Shown here one piece after another: positions 10,289-26,970 of a stretch of 64,000 bases of DNA. The translations under genes were made by a program, and so were the position numbers. The DNA lies in contig CAVNZM010000008.1 in the NCBI GenBank assembly GCA_963693365.1, forward strand, positions 186,001-250,000, given 5' to 3'. This DNA comes from Amoebidium appalachense (Eukaryota; Protista; Ichthyosporea). The notes beneath the pieces were generated by a model, which was given only the letters and a program-made list of their open reading frames with translations, ran no database searches and was not told where the DNA came from. How positions within the stretch are numbered: the first letter of the stretch is position 1; every line of letters begins with the position of its first letter.

Positions 10289-13200
10289 CTTGCACTAGGG
10301 CAGGTGTACTTGCTTGCTTTCTTTAAGTAGCTGTTGCCGGCAGTGAACAGTACGCTACCTCTGTGGTTGGCCACCCACAACCGGCAGTAAAAGCAGACAA
10401 AGAGCTTTCGGCGAAGTGCGGCACCACTTCACCTGGACTGCAATAACGGTTGGAAGGTTTTTTACACCAGCGGTGTTGATTAAGCTTGCCGTTTTAGAAA
10501 CCACTACAGATGTGCTGAATTCAGTCCGTACACAGGTTCCAACACCACGACGAGAATGATCCGTCCTACTTGCGAGTATACCAGTCGGACCCTACACTGC
10601 GTATTTACTGGTATTCGGCCGGCAGTCAGAGCCATCCCGGGGACTTGAACTCAGTATAATATACGGCAGTTAAGTGAACGATTACGGCGTGCCCTTAATT
10701 ATATAATAAGGCCTTTTGTGCCCACTTTCTGAGAGGGTGTTATTTAGTGTTTGTGTTGCTCTACGTAGGCGAACTTCAGCTGTTCGGAGTGAGGGAGTGT
10801 GCAACACTGCAACACACATGTACAGCTCGCACCGGACGGTGGGGTCTGCACAGGTGAGGACTCACGATTCGAAGTTTCAGAATCAAACTATTTAGGGTCA
10901 AACTTTATATTATAGCTACTCATTGGGCTAGTGGCTTCAAGTACCGTATTATGCTGGTACATTTGCACATATGATGTTTCTCAGTAAAGTTTACATTTCA
11001 AAACCATTTACTTTTTTAACAATTACATAATACAGAGTCTTGGCAGGTAAGGGCCCGGTACACCCGGTATTCTCGAAGTGTCCTTTTTGATCTGCAATTT
11101 TACAATTTAGACGGTACTCTGAGGTTAGGGAGACTAAATATGTTTATTCCTATTGGTTGTAATTGTATCGGGTTCACTAATCGATAAAAGTCTAGACACA
11201 AACCGGGATGCTTGCGCAGCGAATCAAAAGCCCTCCCAGAATACCGTATAACTTGCAGCATTGTCCAGCAACTGGTAAAATAAAAACTAATATATGAATA
11301 TATGTAAATATATATGAATGTATAAATGAAAAGGGCAGATTATGAATTCATATGAAATGATTTATATGGTGATATATTATTCCCCTACCCGCCCGGCCCC
11401 GCGCGGCGCCGGCGCTACAAAATAAGGCCCAACAGCCTCGGTCCTCGGATCCTTCCAAAAATGGCAAGTTTTGGTGCTGACGTCAGATTAGTCAAACGAT
11501 GTCTTTCATTGTTGGCTGACTCTCGTGAACAGACGTTTTGTCTCTGTCTTTCGCAAGCAGGAACATGTAACGCATCCATAGTCAATTTCACGTAGTAGCC
11601 AGAGCTCGTGCCATGCACATAGGGGGGTGAACTGCTTATAAGGACAGACACAAGGGAGCTTTGAACAGAATAGGGGTTACTACTGTTATGTTGTCGAGTC
11701 ACAAGAAGGGTCACAAGAACACAAACACTTTCAGCTTCACTTTTTGCATTTTTTTTACACTCAAGGCTGTGACCTTGCCAGCTGTCTAGACTCTAGCCTC
11801 ACCCTTGGTGCTATTTCCTTTGAGATTCATCATGGACTTGGAACAGAGAGAGAAACATCCCTTGCCGCCACTGCTGCCAGATGACCCACAGAAAGGTGTG
11901 CTAAACTGTGCATGGGAGGGCTTTAGGGCACATGTACAATGTGAGGTGTTTGCCTTTCTTGTTTGTGTAAAGTCCTGGAAGGATCCTCATGTAACTATTT
12001 TATGTAGCGTAGGTGTGGTTTAACCTTCCCTCTCCGTCTGTGACACATTTGGTACTTGTTCACTTTTGTCTGCACAATGTTAGGCATACGCTCAGGTGCA
12101 CACGTAGACTATCTACAGTCGGATACCAACAGGAGCATACATGACATATAAGGCCGATTTTTTACACATACACACACATACACCCCCCCGCTCCCCCTTC
12201 CTGCTCTTGTTTAAATAGGTTAGGGAGTTGGGAAGCTTTCTAGGAGCCTACCTTTTGCTCTTCTTGTCTGCTTGGGTTTCTTTGTTATTTTCTATTTGCA
12301 TGCATGGCGGGTTTTGAGTTTTTAGAATGCTTCTCCTTGAACAACCCTGCGCGTGTTTGCAAGACGGGTTGATTTGCCTATTGCCGTTAAAACAGTGTGT
12401 GGGTTGGGAACAACACACGAGAGGTTTAATATTGGGGAGATCCGTTTTTTGGTGTGTGAGGGCATGGGAACCGTTGTAGTGTTGGGCTCTGTTCAAGTGT
12501 CTTCTGCCTCTATTCTCTTCTTTTCCTTCCCTGGTTCTAACCCTGTACCACGTGCTTCAATAAATGCATACATCTCCCCTCCCCCCACCCCCCACCACCA
12601 CCACCACAACCACTACCCTCTACCTCCGATGCATGGTTTTCAAAGACTTGTGCTACGCCTACATTTGGTTGTCCGTGTATAGTTCGTCACAAAACACCTT
12701 AATGTTGTTTGATCCCTCCCTCCCCCCTCCCCCCTCCCCCTCCCCCTCCCCCTCCCCAAGCCCCTTTCCCCCTTTCCCGTTATTGAGTGCCTTGAGAGTG
12801 TGAGTTGAGCGTTTTGTACTGCAGATAACTTCTCTATGAACTTGTGTAGTTTTAACCCCAATATCCCCCCCCCCCCCCCCCTCCCCCCGTTAAAGAGTCA
12901 AAACCCATGCTTTTGTGGAGGCATAGGAACCCCCCCGTTGATGCGCTTTGTTCAAGTGTCTTCTGCCTGCACGCTTAATTTGCTTGATTTTGGGCTTGTC
13001 ATTTTTGTGTCGTTTTGTAGTTTGTCCTTTGTTGTCTCCTCCGTATTTCCAACCCTCTAACACATACATCACCCCCCCTCCCCCCCCCCCCCCCCCCCCC
13101 CCTCCCCCCTTTCCCCCCCCCCCCCCCCCCCCCCCCCGCTCAGCCCCAGCCTCCCCCCCCCTTCAATAAAAAAAAGGAAGAAAAGAAAAGAAAAGAAAAA

Positions 13201-13660
13201 AGAAAGAAAGAAAGAAGAAAACAAAATAAATAGAAAAGTGGAAAGAAAAAGAGGGGGGAGGGGGGGGGGGGGGGATCCTCTGGGTTAGTTCAAGTTCTTT
13301 TGTTTTCACATACAATAAATTGTTTTTTTGGTTCCTTTTCTATTTTTATTCTTTTTGCCTTCACAGCTTCGGGCTTTTGCGTTGCCTTTTATATATTGCT
13401 TCCGTGTTTTCTACCCGTACAGTTGCCTAGATGATCCCCCTGGTTGCACACCAAGCAGTTAACTGGCCCATGATTACCGAGATTTGTGCGGTGTTTGCCG
13501 GTATTTGCACACACTATCCCCCTCTTCTTGAATTCTCTGCCTGCTTCTTTCCCCACCTTCCGTGTCTTATTTGCACATGCGCTTACATATGCATAGACGT
13601 TTTTTACCACCACTTATCCCACCAGAGAGGCACAAGGTTGCACTCATATTCCTAATATGC

Positions 13661-13691
<31 letters not shown>

Positions 13692-13808
13692 GAAGGATTG
13701 GTTGAGTGAGTGAGAGGGAGACAGGCAAGGAGGAGAGGGGGTTGGGGAATAGAGAGAGGGAGGGGGGGGGGGGGGATAGAGATTGAGACTGTCTGTATGC
13801 CCACTAAC

Positions 13809-13848
<40 letters not shown>

Positions 13849-15909
13849 CAGAATTTCTTCTTGGCTTGCTATCGGATGATATTCTCGCGATGATCATTTC
13901 CCACCTGCAAGCACACCGACCGGCTCAACACCACCCTCACGTGTCATCGTCTCTGCGTCATTGCACGGTCACATCAGGCCGGTGGTGTCACCCTGCGTAT
14001 TCCTCGGGTCACTAAGAGGCCACGGGCCGACTGTGCTGCCTTCCTGCAGGCATGGGGCAGTGCGGTGACTGAGGTCTGCCTGTTCTTGGCCGGTCTGTAC
14101 CAGACTTGCAACCCGGAAGCTTACTCAATAACGAACTCAGGCTTGGCAGAACTCCAGAGGACTATTGCTGAAGTTCTTCTAATTGTTCGGTCGTGCAAGT
14201 AAGTTGATCGAATCGTCATTTTGAAATCCACACGCGCTCATTTGCTTCGTCGTCATGCCCATGCCCGGGACTCGGTTTTTAAAATGTTCCAATTGCTTTT
14301 CAAGTCGTTTGGGGAGATGACGAGACTGGACAGTGTGGCTCTGCATGGACGAGTGGATACCGGTGGTGGATATCGGTTCTATCCTGGCTAGCGTGGGGTG
14401 TAGCCATCTACGTGAAATTACGATTGAGGACATATCGTTGATTCCTCGTGGCGCAACATTTCGGACATCATATCGTCCCTTCGGCATTTGCCCCCAGTAT
14501 TGACAAGCCTGGCTGTCCGTTTTACCGGTTTTGGCAGCAACCCACATAGAGATGTGCATACGGGGATCATTGATCTGAGCCCCCTAGGCACCCACACAGC
14601 CCTCCAATCCCTGACGATCGTTTTAGATGGGGAATGGGTAGCTGGGTTCATAGACACGCACATTCGAAACCTACCCCACCTCACGCTACTCCAAGTGATG
14701 GATCTGCATGTCGATGTAGTCGATCTGTCTATGTTGGTACATTGCACCACACTCGTCGATGTGTCTATCACCACAAAGAATAACCGCCCGGGTCAAACGA
14801 ACGAAGCCGCTACTCTGTTCCCCTACCTGCCGCATCTTCGCGCCCTGTCCATTTCGATCTACCCGAAGTACGAAGCACAGCTCGACTCCCAGCTCATCAA
14901 TTTGGCTGCACTCGAGGGGTCGACGGCGTTAACCAAACTCGTGATAGACATCTCACCTTCGCGTTACCGCAGAAACGCACCAGACTTTTTTCTCCCATCC
15001 CTTCCAGCGCTTGAGTTTGCCAAGGTTACGGCCCATACGGTCGATTTAGAGTCAACTTCAAAGTGTATGGAGTTGAGGCATGTCGACGTTACGTACATCT
15101 ACGAACCAAAGATGTGCCCCACCATCCAATCAGACAAGCTAACTGAGTTGCGGCTGTTTGCTTTGTGGTGCAGATTTGATTTCGGTCCTTTTGGAGCGCC
15201 TACGCCTCGCTTGCACGTGGAACACGTGGGTGGCCGGCCATCCCCTGTGGATTTTTTTGCCCGTTCTGTTTCGTCATTGCGTATCCTAAAAGTCAGAGGG
15301 TTTGGCCTGGATCGGCCAATCGAGGCCGCCTTTATGTGCAACATGAGGTTTCTCACCGAGATTATGTTGATCGCAACGGATTTCGGTTGGCATGAGGCGC
15401 AGCCCGGTGACGAGGGCAATGAATCGAGCGACATCGATTTGAGCGGTTTCGATTGTTTGAAAAAGTTAACGCTGGATAATGAGCACTATGTATCCCGGCT
15501 GGTGCTGCCTATGAGCGGGGCCCTCAAAGCTGTGTTTGTGTGCTGCTGCACAAGATTGAAAATTGCGAGGTTCCCAACCAGTATCACGCATGTGGAATTG
15601 GTTTGTTGCCCTTTCCTAGAAAGCACGGCATTATCCGGGTGTGTTGCCTTGGAAGAACTTGTGGTGTCAGGAGGTACCAGGAGCACTATGACTAAGTGGG
15701 GGGACATCACACCACTCGTTGGTCTTCCGGCCCTTCGGTGCGTCGACTTTTCTGGATTTCCTAATTTGGATCTCCGACCCCTTGTGGCATGCCCGGTATT
15801 GGAGTATGTGCGTGGTTGCGATTGTTCCTCTGAGCATCAGCTGAGGGGGGCGCTGGAGGCACTCGGCAAGACTCCGAAGGTAAGAATTTTTTATGGTGTT
15901 TGGCCTTAG
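13849..15909 (+). pseudogene. F-box/leucine-rich-repeat gene with an apparently frameshifted 5' part; the 3' ORF 14488-15909 is intact
   Basis: F-box-like LLGLLSDDILAMIISHL near 13857. LRR-like units such as LPHLTLLQV, LPHLRALSI, LPALRCVDFSG and ACPVLEYV lie in the 473-codon ORF. Coding-like segments at 14305-14487 switch frame twice with in-frame TGA stops, so this is a pseudogene, sequence error or unrecognised small introns. Confidence 0.55.
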
Positions 15910-16607
15910 TGATACATTCTTTGCTAATGCCTATGGTATGAAATCCCTCATGGTGGAAATGGCGGATTAACGGTGGGTTTGCTGGAGCATAGATCCAGGT
16001 TTGGTTACTGGTTGCATTGTTTGTTAGTATGAACAGATGGTACCTGCGCTGTTAGTCCCTGGAACCATATGTTTGTGCATTTTGTGTGTGTTTTAGTGGT
16101 GGGTGGGCGGGGTTAATTTGGAAGTATGTGCGTGGGCCCTAAGGGGAGGGGGGAGGGGGGGGGGGGGGCGACAATCATTAGCGATCGGCACGCTGCTTTA
16201 TGCCATGGGTACAGACACCAAGGTTGTTTGCTAACACTCTATATATCCTCAAACATACGCTGATATATAGGTCAAACCACACATCCAAGACTGGCTGGAC
16301 GGGCCTAGCGTGGCTTTGTTTTCGCACACACATGCACCAACAGCACACGAGTATACAACATGCAGTGATAGTAAATGTGATACGTACATGGTCAGCAGTG
16401 ATGTCTGTTCATGCATGTGGTGGTAGGTCTTACACGCTGCAGTAGTGGTGGTGCTGTGACGTAGTGACGCCTCCACACTTCAAGCAGTAGCAATGTTACG
16501 GTAGGTCCAGCCACTGATACAAGTGACATGCATACAGTCGAGAAAGCTAATATTGCTGAGATTGCCACGAACCACAATGGGTTTTTTTTTTGTTTGTTTT
16601 TTTTACG

Positions 16608-16643
<36 letters not shown>

Positions 16644-17654
16644 GTTGTGTGTTTGAGATTTGTGTTCACCGTCCTTTTTTTTTTTTTTTTTTTTTTCCCC
16701 CCTGAGATTTTGCGTTTCAGCCTTTTGAGATATTGTGTTCAGCCTCACTGTATCTGAGAGCCTTTTTCCCCCATTTCGAAGTATAGCGAATAACAGAAAG
16801 TTTTTGCTCTTTTTCGTCCCGTGTGTGCACACTTTGTGCGTGTGTTTTTGGACGTGCGTCCGGAGGGTCCTGCATTATTGGGTTTTCTCTCTTGACATAC
16901 CGAATTTGCTACCTATCTGTGCTTTCAAGTATGTGGGTAGTCTGCAGGTCTGACCACACCCTTGAAGTGATATGGATGGGTATCCAGGTATGTAAATGAT
17001 ATGTGATATATACAAACAGTTTGTGTGTGTAGGCCAGGTGTTTGTGTATTCTCGTGGTTTTCAGATCCCCTTACCTTTCGTTGTGCATTCGGTCATAAAG
17101 ATCTAATTTCCAGAGTTTTCGTATTCAATAGTAAAAGGCATGTACAAAACGTTGTGTTTAAGTTCATTGGCATGAACTTTTAAATTTTATATGATCTATA
17201 TGATTTGAAACCAAGGCCTGCAAATTGCAATAATACTACAGTCTCGTGTGCACATGCTTTGGAGGTGCCACTGTGGACACGTTGCATAAACAGGTGTTCT
17301 GCTCTGAATGAGTATACCCCTGCATGGCTGTCACCCATGACAATTAATGCCGTTGGTATCATACCCCCCCCCCCCCCCCCCCCCCCCTCCCCTCCCCCCC
17401 GCCAAATTCATGCCCACCACCACCATCAGCATTCATGCCCACCATCACCATCGATCGATATCAGCACCCACACCCACCCACCATGCTGCTGCTCACTGTG
17501 GTGTCACGTATGAGGGCCCCCGGGGAGTTGGGCTGCTTCTACTTACTATGTAATGTCTGTGTGCAGAGGGGGCACCAGGCCTACGATATTCCCAGAATGC
17601 GGACAAGTTGTAGACAACAGGGGGAAACCCCTTCTGTGCGCTTTCTCTCGCACA

Positions 17655-20420
<2,766 letters not shown>

Positions 20421-21169
20421 GCATTTGGGGCAGGTTGGAGGGGGATTATCCGGGGTTTTGCAATAATAGCAGTGCCATGTTGGGGGGCCCCGGGGGGTAG
20501 ATGGAGGTGGGGGGCACGTAAGTGTGTGGAAATGGAGCTGAAAGACCGGTTCAGGGGGGAGGGGGGGAGGGGAGGAAGGGTTCTGGGAGATGCAGAAAAC
20601 CGATTTGCATGCAGCAGGCTGGATAACTTAAAAGCAAAAAGGCTCATCCCTCAGGTCATCCGTCAGTATCGGTGCCTCACATGCTACTACTAGGCCTAGT
20701 GGTGCTGAGTGCAAAGGCAGAAAGAATAAAGGCAGATTTGTTTATTTTTATTGGCCTTTAGCGGGAAAGAGGGCAATAATAATGCATTTGATAAGTAAGA
20801 ACTGGTGGCGCCGTTCTGAAATGGCCAATTGGATTCACGACAGAGACTTCCTAAAATGGGGGCACTGTGATTGAGGGAAAGCCCAGTTACCAAAAAAAGT
20901 GGAAACGGTTTCCGGGGATTTCCGAAGATTTCCGTCGAAGATTAGAACGGAAATCATAACCCCACTGGCGGGTTTCGCAAAAGGCATCTTTCGCATTCAA
21001 CCTTTGAAAATTGGGGGTTTCCGGAATTTCCCGTGAAAATGTTAATATTGGAAAAGTTGGACAATACCACGGGGATTCCAGGCATGTACACTTGTACTTC
21101 CAAGAGTGAACTTCAGAGCATGAAGCAAAGATTTTCCGGCCTAAGCCTTATACGCGCAACAATATGTGT

Positions 21170-21862
21170 ATATTAAGTGTTGCATTCGAAGCCAGGGAGG
21201 GGGGAGGAGAGGGGGGGGGGGGGGGGGGGGGGGGGGGTGCATACAACGAAGAATATCCTTCACACCAAGATTTCCGAAAATTTCTATTCCAACCAAGCAG
21301 ATAAAAATTGCATGCCGCGGCATATGCATGCCTCTGGGTGTACGGGCTCATATGTTAGAGGAAGGAGGGAAGGGGGGGGGGGGGGGGGGGGTTAAGGAGG
21401 GGAAGGTTGGGGGGGAGGGAGGAGGGGGGGGGGGGGGGGGACAAACATTGAAGAATAACCTTCACACGGGAATTTCCGAGAAAATCCGTTTCAGCCTGGC
21501 TGTAAATATTGCATGCATGCTTATGAGGGGATTGTGTGTGGCCGTGCGTGTTTGTATGTTTAGGCCCAGGGGGAAAAAGGGTGGGTGGGTGGCGGTGGTG
21601 GTGGTGGTGGTGGTGGTGGTGGTGGGGGGGGGGGGGGGGGGGGGGGGGGGGAGGGAGGGAGGGGGGGGGGGGGGGGGGGGGTCCGGATGGGGAAGCAGGG
21701 GGTGTCGAGGGGGGCCAAACGATGAAATTTTCAATAAAGCATTACTACTGGGCCACGGAAATCGCCGGAATTTAGCCTCTCAAGAACCTAGCAATCAATA
21801 GTTGCATGCATGCATGCATGTGGAATGTATTTTGGTGTATGTGTTTGTTAGGCCTAGGAGGG

Positions 21863-21893
<31 letters not shown>

Positions 21894-22864
21894 GGAGGGG
21901 GGGGGAGGGACAACGAATAATTTTCTGATAATCTAAGGGAAATTCCGTTTCAACCGAGCGTTTAGACTCTGCGGCATCATGCATGCATGTGGAAATGTGT
22001 CTGGATTTGCATGTTTATATGTTAGGCACAGGGTTAAGGAGGAGGAGGAGAAGGGACGGGGACGGGCCCGGGAGGGGGGGGGGGATGGGGGGGGGGGAAC
22101 CGCGAAGCATACTCATTAAAATGTAAAAGACTGGAATTTCTTTTTTTTTTTTTGCGGAATTTGTCTCACAACCTAGCAATTAAACCAAGGTCCGTATCTA
22201 CCATTTTAGACAAGATCGAGGTTGATCTGATCGAGGATTTCGGATGGCCCTGACGCAGCTATTGAAATTCTCGAACATATCAAGCGATGGAGGATGTGAC
22301 GTCATTTGTGAACAAAAACGTCATAATGACGTCATGCCGCCCTCGATCACTTGACAGATTCGAGAATTTCATAGCCGCGACCGGGCCATCCGAAATCCTC
22401 GATCGGATCATCCTCGATCTTGCCTCAAATGGTAGATACGGACCTTGCTTTAAGAATTGCCAATGATGATGCATACATACATGTGGAAATGTGGCTGGGT
22501 GTGTGTGCTTGTTTGTTGGGCCTAAAGGGGAAAGGGAGGGAAGGAGGGGAGGGGAGAGGGGGTGGGGGGGGGGGGGGGGGGGGGGGGAGGGGGGAGGACA
22601 ACGAAGAATAATCTTTATACGGCAATTCCCAGATTTCCGTTTCAACCGAGCAATCAGAATGTTACACGCACGCATGCGCATGCGTATGGTAATGTGCTTA
22701 GTTGTGCACGTGTACTGTATGTGTTAGGCCTAGGGGGGGGGGATGAGGGGGGGGGGGGGGGGGGGGGGGGGGGAGCAGGGCTTAAGGAATCCGAACAGAG
22801 GGGTGGGGATCACAATACGTACGCGCGCGCGCGTGCGTGTGTGTGTGTGTGCGTGTGTGTGTGC

Positions 22865-22931
<67 letters not shown>

Positions 22932-23150
22932 TGTGTGCGTGTGTGTGTGGGAGGGGGGGGGGGGGGGAGAGGGAGAAAGGGGGGGGGAGAGGGATGATGT
23001 GTTTGCCTGGAAACATTCTATGTATAGATCTATGCTAGATATGTGTATATATATTGGGGGGAGGGGGGTGGTAGGCAACAACTTAGCCTACAAACAAATA
23101 TGGCAATTTTCAAACAGTTTTGTGGAAAGAACTTCATATATATGTATGTT
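21170..23150. repeat. Degenerate tandem array of about 200-250 bp units separated by poly-G tracts
   Basis: Recurring order of motifs: TGTTAGGCC, G run, ACGAAGAATA, ATTTCCG..TTCAACC, TGCATGCATG. Units start near 21240, 21445, 21717, 21908, 22097, 22596. Confidence 0.6.
22184..22449. mobile_element. 266-bp foldback MITE with TTAA target-site duplication (Kolobok-like termini)
   Basis: TTAA at 22180-22183 and 22450-22453. Arms of about 120 bp are imperfect reverse complements (CAAGGTCCGTATCTACCATTT... versus ...AAATGGTAGATACGGACCTTG) around a loop of about 20 bp. Confidence 0.85.
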
Positions 23151-24935
23151 TGGGCCAATCAATCTCGGTGGGATTTCTTTTTGACAATGACATTATTGAG
23201 ACTAGCTCCAAAAATGGGAAGCTGAGATATCACAGATATTTCACAAGTTAGATACAACCATGGAAATTTCCTGAAAATCTAACGTTACTTCCTCGGGCCT
23301 GCAACAAAATTTTCAATAAGAAACGTCTCTAAGTTCGTCGATTATTTAGTAATTTCCTACTGGACTAAAACACTGGCGCAAAGTACATGCTCCTTTTCGC
23401 AGTATGCGGCATCTATTTACACAAATATGTGATTTTTGACATGAGGAGAGTAACAGCAGTGGAAATACCTGGAATTTAGGATTTTATTCCCCTACTAATC
23501 TGACCTAGGCTGATTTGATTGGCCCCTTCAGATTCAAACACTCAGAATAATTCTGTCCATTTCTGTTACTCTTGATGGGGGCAGGGGGGGGGGGGGGGGG
23601 GGGTCGAGGTCGTACTATTATTAGAACAATTTTTGCGTCGTTGTGTCAGAGGCTCGCATAAGCTGGGATCCAATTAGGCGCAGTCTTAAAAAGGATATAA
23701 GACCATATATGGGCAAAGGCAAATCATCGAATATTGCTCCAACGTGAGGTAACATTGATATTGGCCTCTCACGTACGTCGAGAAAGAGGCCGTTGTTATA
23801 TGGCCCTTGCTGTTATTTAATCTTCCACGTACTCCCCAAAAGGCATACCATGGGCTCCGACCACGTTAAACTGTGAAAACAGAAAAAAAAATCCGGGTGC
23901 TGTGTGATACAATTCTTCACCCTGCTACATTTCATTCAGCGGATGTTTTCCTGCTGGCTGTGCCTAAGTTCTAGAAGGGGTTCTCAGAGGGGTTGCCTGG
24001 TGGTGTGTGTGGAACGTGTTGGATTGTGTTGTCCCATGTGTGTTCAACTGTCTGAGATTGAGGGGGAGGCCCCGGGGGGAGGGCGGGGGGGGGGGGGGGG
24101 GGATGTGTTCTAGTGGGTATGTGGGTATGTGCACGTACGTGGCACGTGTAAGTCTTTACGTGTGCATGTGTCTGTCTGTGTATGTGCAGGTTCGCGCAGA
24201 ATTCATGCACCTGTGTGCCTTTGCTCGCTCGTGCACGCCTGTGTGTCAGCAGTATGTATGGGCACAATCTGTGTGGGATAATGAGTGTGCGCACTAATTT
24301 AGGTGTGTGTGTGGGCATGTGCACGGGTGTGCGTGTGTACACATGCTGATGCTGGTGGGTGGGCCCGAGGTGTATTCTTCTTCTTCTAGATCTTCTTCTT
24401 CTTTTTTTATTTTTATATTTTTTGGGTGGGGGGGGGGGGGGGGGGGGGGGGGGGGTTGTTCTCGACAACGTGCACACTTTAATGCACCAGGAATTGCAAT
24501 TTATTGAAAAGGCAATTTGTATTAGTCCGAAGGCACATGATAAGCTATGGTCGTACATGCATACAACAGCGACATGCCTATGGTGCGTTTTTAGATGCTC
24601 AGATAGATGCGTATAGAACAGGTTATGTCAATACAGGAATTGAATACACGTACATAATTTAGTTCACCCGCTATGGGGGATTCTTTCGACACACTTTCGT
24701 TGATTTCTTCAGACATACACAACGATCCCTCTAATTACTTCCTAAGTTACGAGTTGAATCACATCAATTTCATGACATTGTCCAACAACCGTCAGAATAT
24801 CATACACAACCCCCCCCCCCCCCCCCCCCGACGTTCCACAAGGAACAGGAAGGAAAAACACATCATTTTGTGTCCCCCCCTCCTCCTCTCTTCTTCCCTT
24901 CCCCACTCGTCAGAAAAATAAACAACACGAGCGCC

Positions 24936-24976
<41 letters not shown>

Positions 24977-25075
24977 AAAAAAAAAAAAAAAACACCCAGC
25001 CACCCAGTCTAGGTAGGTACACACAAACATGTACAGTACGTTTAGGCTTTTTACTCGACTCAGAGACTGAGAGAA

Positions 25076-25177
<102 letters not shown>

Positions 25178-25208
25178 GCTGAGAGTTCGATTCGATTCGA
25201 GAGAGCCT

Positions 25209-25254
<46 letters not shown>

Positions 25255-25525
25255 TGAGAGTGACCTTTACAGATCCAGGATATATGCTGAGACGAATCAA
25301 TGATAATCGCACGATTAATTTTCCGATTTCTTTGGATCGTGTAGCCAAATACGCCGGCATCATTTTGTACATACTGCGACAGAATGCGACAGCTTGGTGT
25401 CTCTTTCGTTTGCCATGCTCTGTGGGCGGCGGCCGCGCCATCTTCATGCGGCGTGGCAGAGTTGTGCGGACCGCAAGCAACTTTTTCGTTCGCTGTTCCC
25501 CGTAGCTGGTAGCCACACAGAAAAC

Positions 25526-26970
25526 ATGGGAGGCCATCTGACCTGGGGCGGTATTGGCCGCGTAAAGGGCATTGTGTCTTACAGCCTCTCGCCCTTCGAG
25601 CAACGCGCGTTCGCTGGTGCCGTTAGCAAGGTGCGTGCAACGCTGCTAGGATGGGAGTGTGCTCTTTCGAGCCATTATGAACACTGGTAGGGTAGGGTAG
25701 GGCAGGAAGGAGCTGCTGGGCCTTCGGACACTCGTTGCTGTTAGCTGCAGAGCTGTATATTTCGGCGTTCGGCACGCAATTTTCGTGTACATTTACAAGT
25801 TTTTTAACTTCTGTTTTAACGCGAGAGTTATTTTGTTGGGCATTGCAACGGGAAGTGTGCGGAGTTTGGCTTTTGATTAACGCGCGGGTGAACTGACGTG
25901 CTTGATTGTCGTTGGAACGCACAATGAGCAGCTAGGCAGCAGTAGCCAAACAGTATTTTTTTCGGCGAGAAGCTGTGTTAGCAACTGTGTGGTCGTAGTT
26001 CGTTATATTGCCTGTACTGCTCTCTCTCGAAATGTTGTTACCGGTGTAGACACTTGACGTGTACGTGCAAGCTCTTTTGTGCACGTGCTTGTGGCAGATG
26101 TGGATAAGGGCACTTTGGTTTGTTGTGTTACTTGAACTGAAGCAGCCCTGTCTTTTTGCTGTTTCTGTCGGTCCAGTCCGCGTGGATGTACTGACAAGGG
26201 GTTGTGATTAGCTTTGTGGTTTGTGGTTGTGTGTGGGGTGGGTTGGTGGGTTTCGATGCATTTGTGTTCCAAAAGCTGGCCACCACAATCTGTTGCCTGT
26301 GGCCATATGTCTGTAGATGCAGGCATCTTTCTTATACCTTCCTCACCGTTGTTTGTGATGGCTCAAGGAAGGCTCAAGACAAGAGCACTCTGCTGACGTT
26401 TTTGTACAACTCTTATGGGTTTGTACTTGTAGGTGCTCTTGGTGCTACGTGAATGGTCGGGTGATTTCAGTTTTGTGCGAGGGACTTGAGGCTTGTAATG
26501 TTTTGCTGTAGACGCTGGTATCTGGTGTGGGTTGTTTAGATGAATGGTGGGGTTGCATTTAGGTAGGCGCGAGGTATCTATTATGCTTTTGCTTTGGGCT
26601 TTGGATGGCAGATTGCGAAAGGTGATTGGTGTGGGTAGTTCCACGGCGGTTGCATTGACGGAGGCACAGTGGCAATGGGTGTGTGGTGGTGAAATGAGAA
26701 GGAAGCGAGGGGAGATCGATTTGTCAGGGCTTGGGCTTGCATGCTGCTGCCGGTATTCTTGGGCAGGATGGCACGGCAGGAAAGGAATGTGTATTTTGTG
26801 TCCTGAATCTGGGGGTGCAGGGTATTGGCAATGTGTTCCGACGAGTGACTGGCAACATTCTGGACGTGGTGCCCCCGTTTGTGCTGCTGTACATGATCAC
26901 CTCCTACGCCGCCAAGGAGCACCACGACATGCACCGCAAGAAGCCCTCGGACTTCGCCCATGAGCAGTAA
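25526..26970 (+). CDS. QCR8: Cytochrome b-c1 complex subunit 8 (QCR8/UQCRQ), 84 aa, 2 exons
   Basis: Exons 25526-25630 and 26821-26970 with a phase-0 GT-AG intron: MGGHLTWGGIGRVKGIVSYSLSPFEQRAFAGAVSK/GIGNVFRRVTGNILDVVPPFVLLYMITSYAAKEHHDMHRKKPSDFAHEQ. YSLSPFEQ, N.FRR and RK.P..F are family hallmarks. Confidence 0.95.

Noticed and set aside
11377-11416. GC-rich hairpin like a Helitron 3' end, and TTATTCCCCTAC shared with 23484-23495
   Set aside because: No CTRR terminus at the expected distance, and no matching left end or TSD was found.
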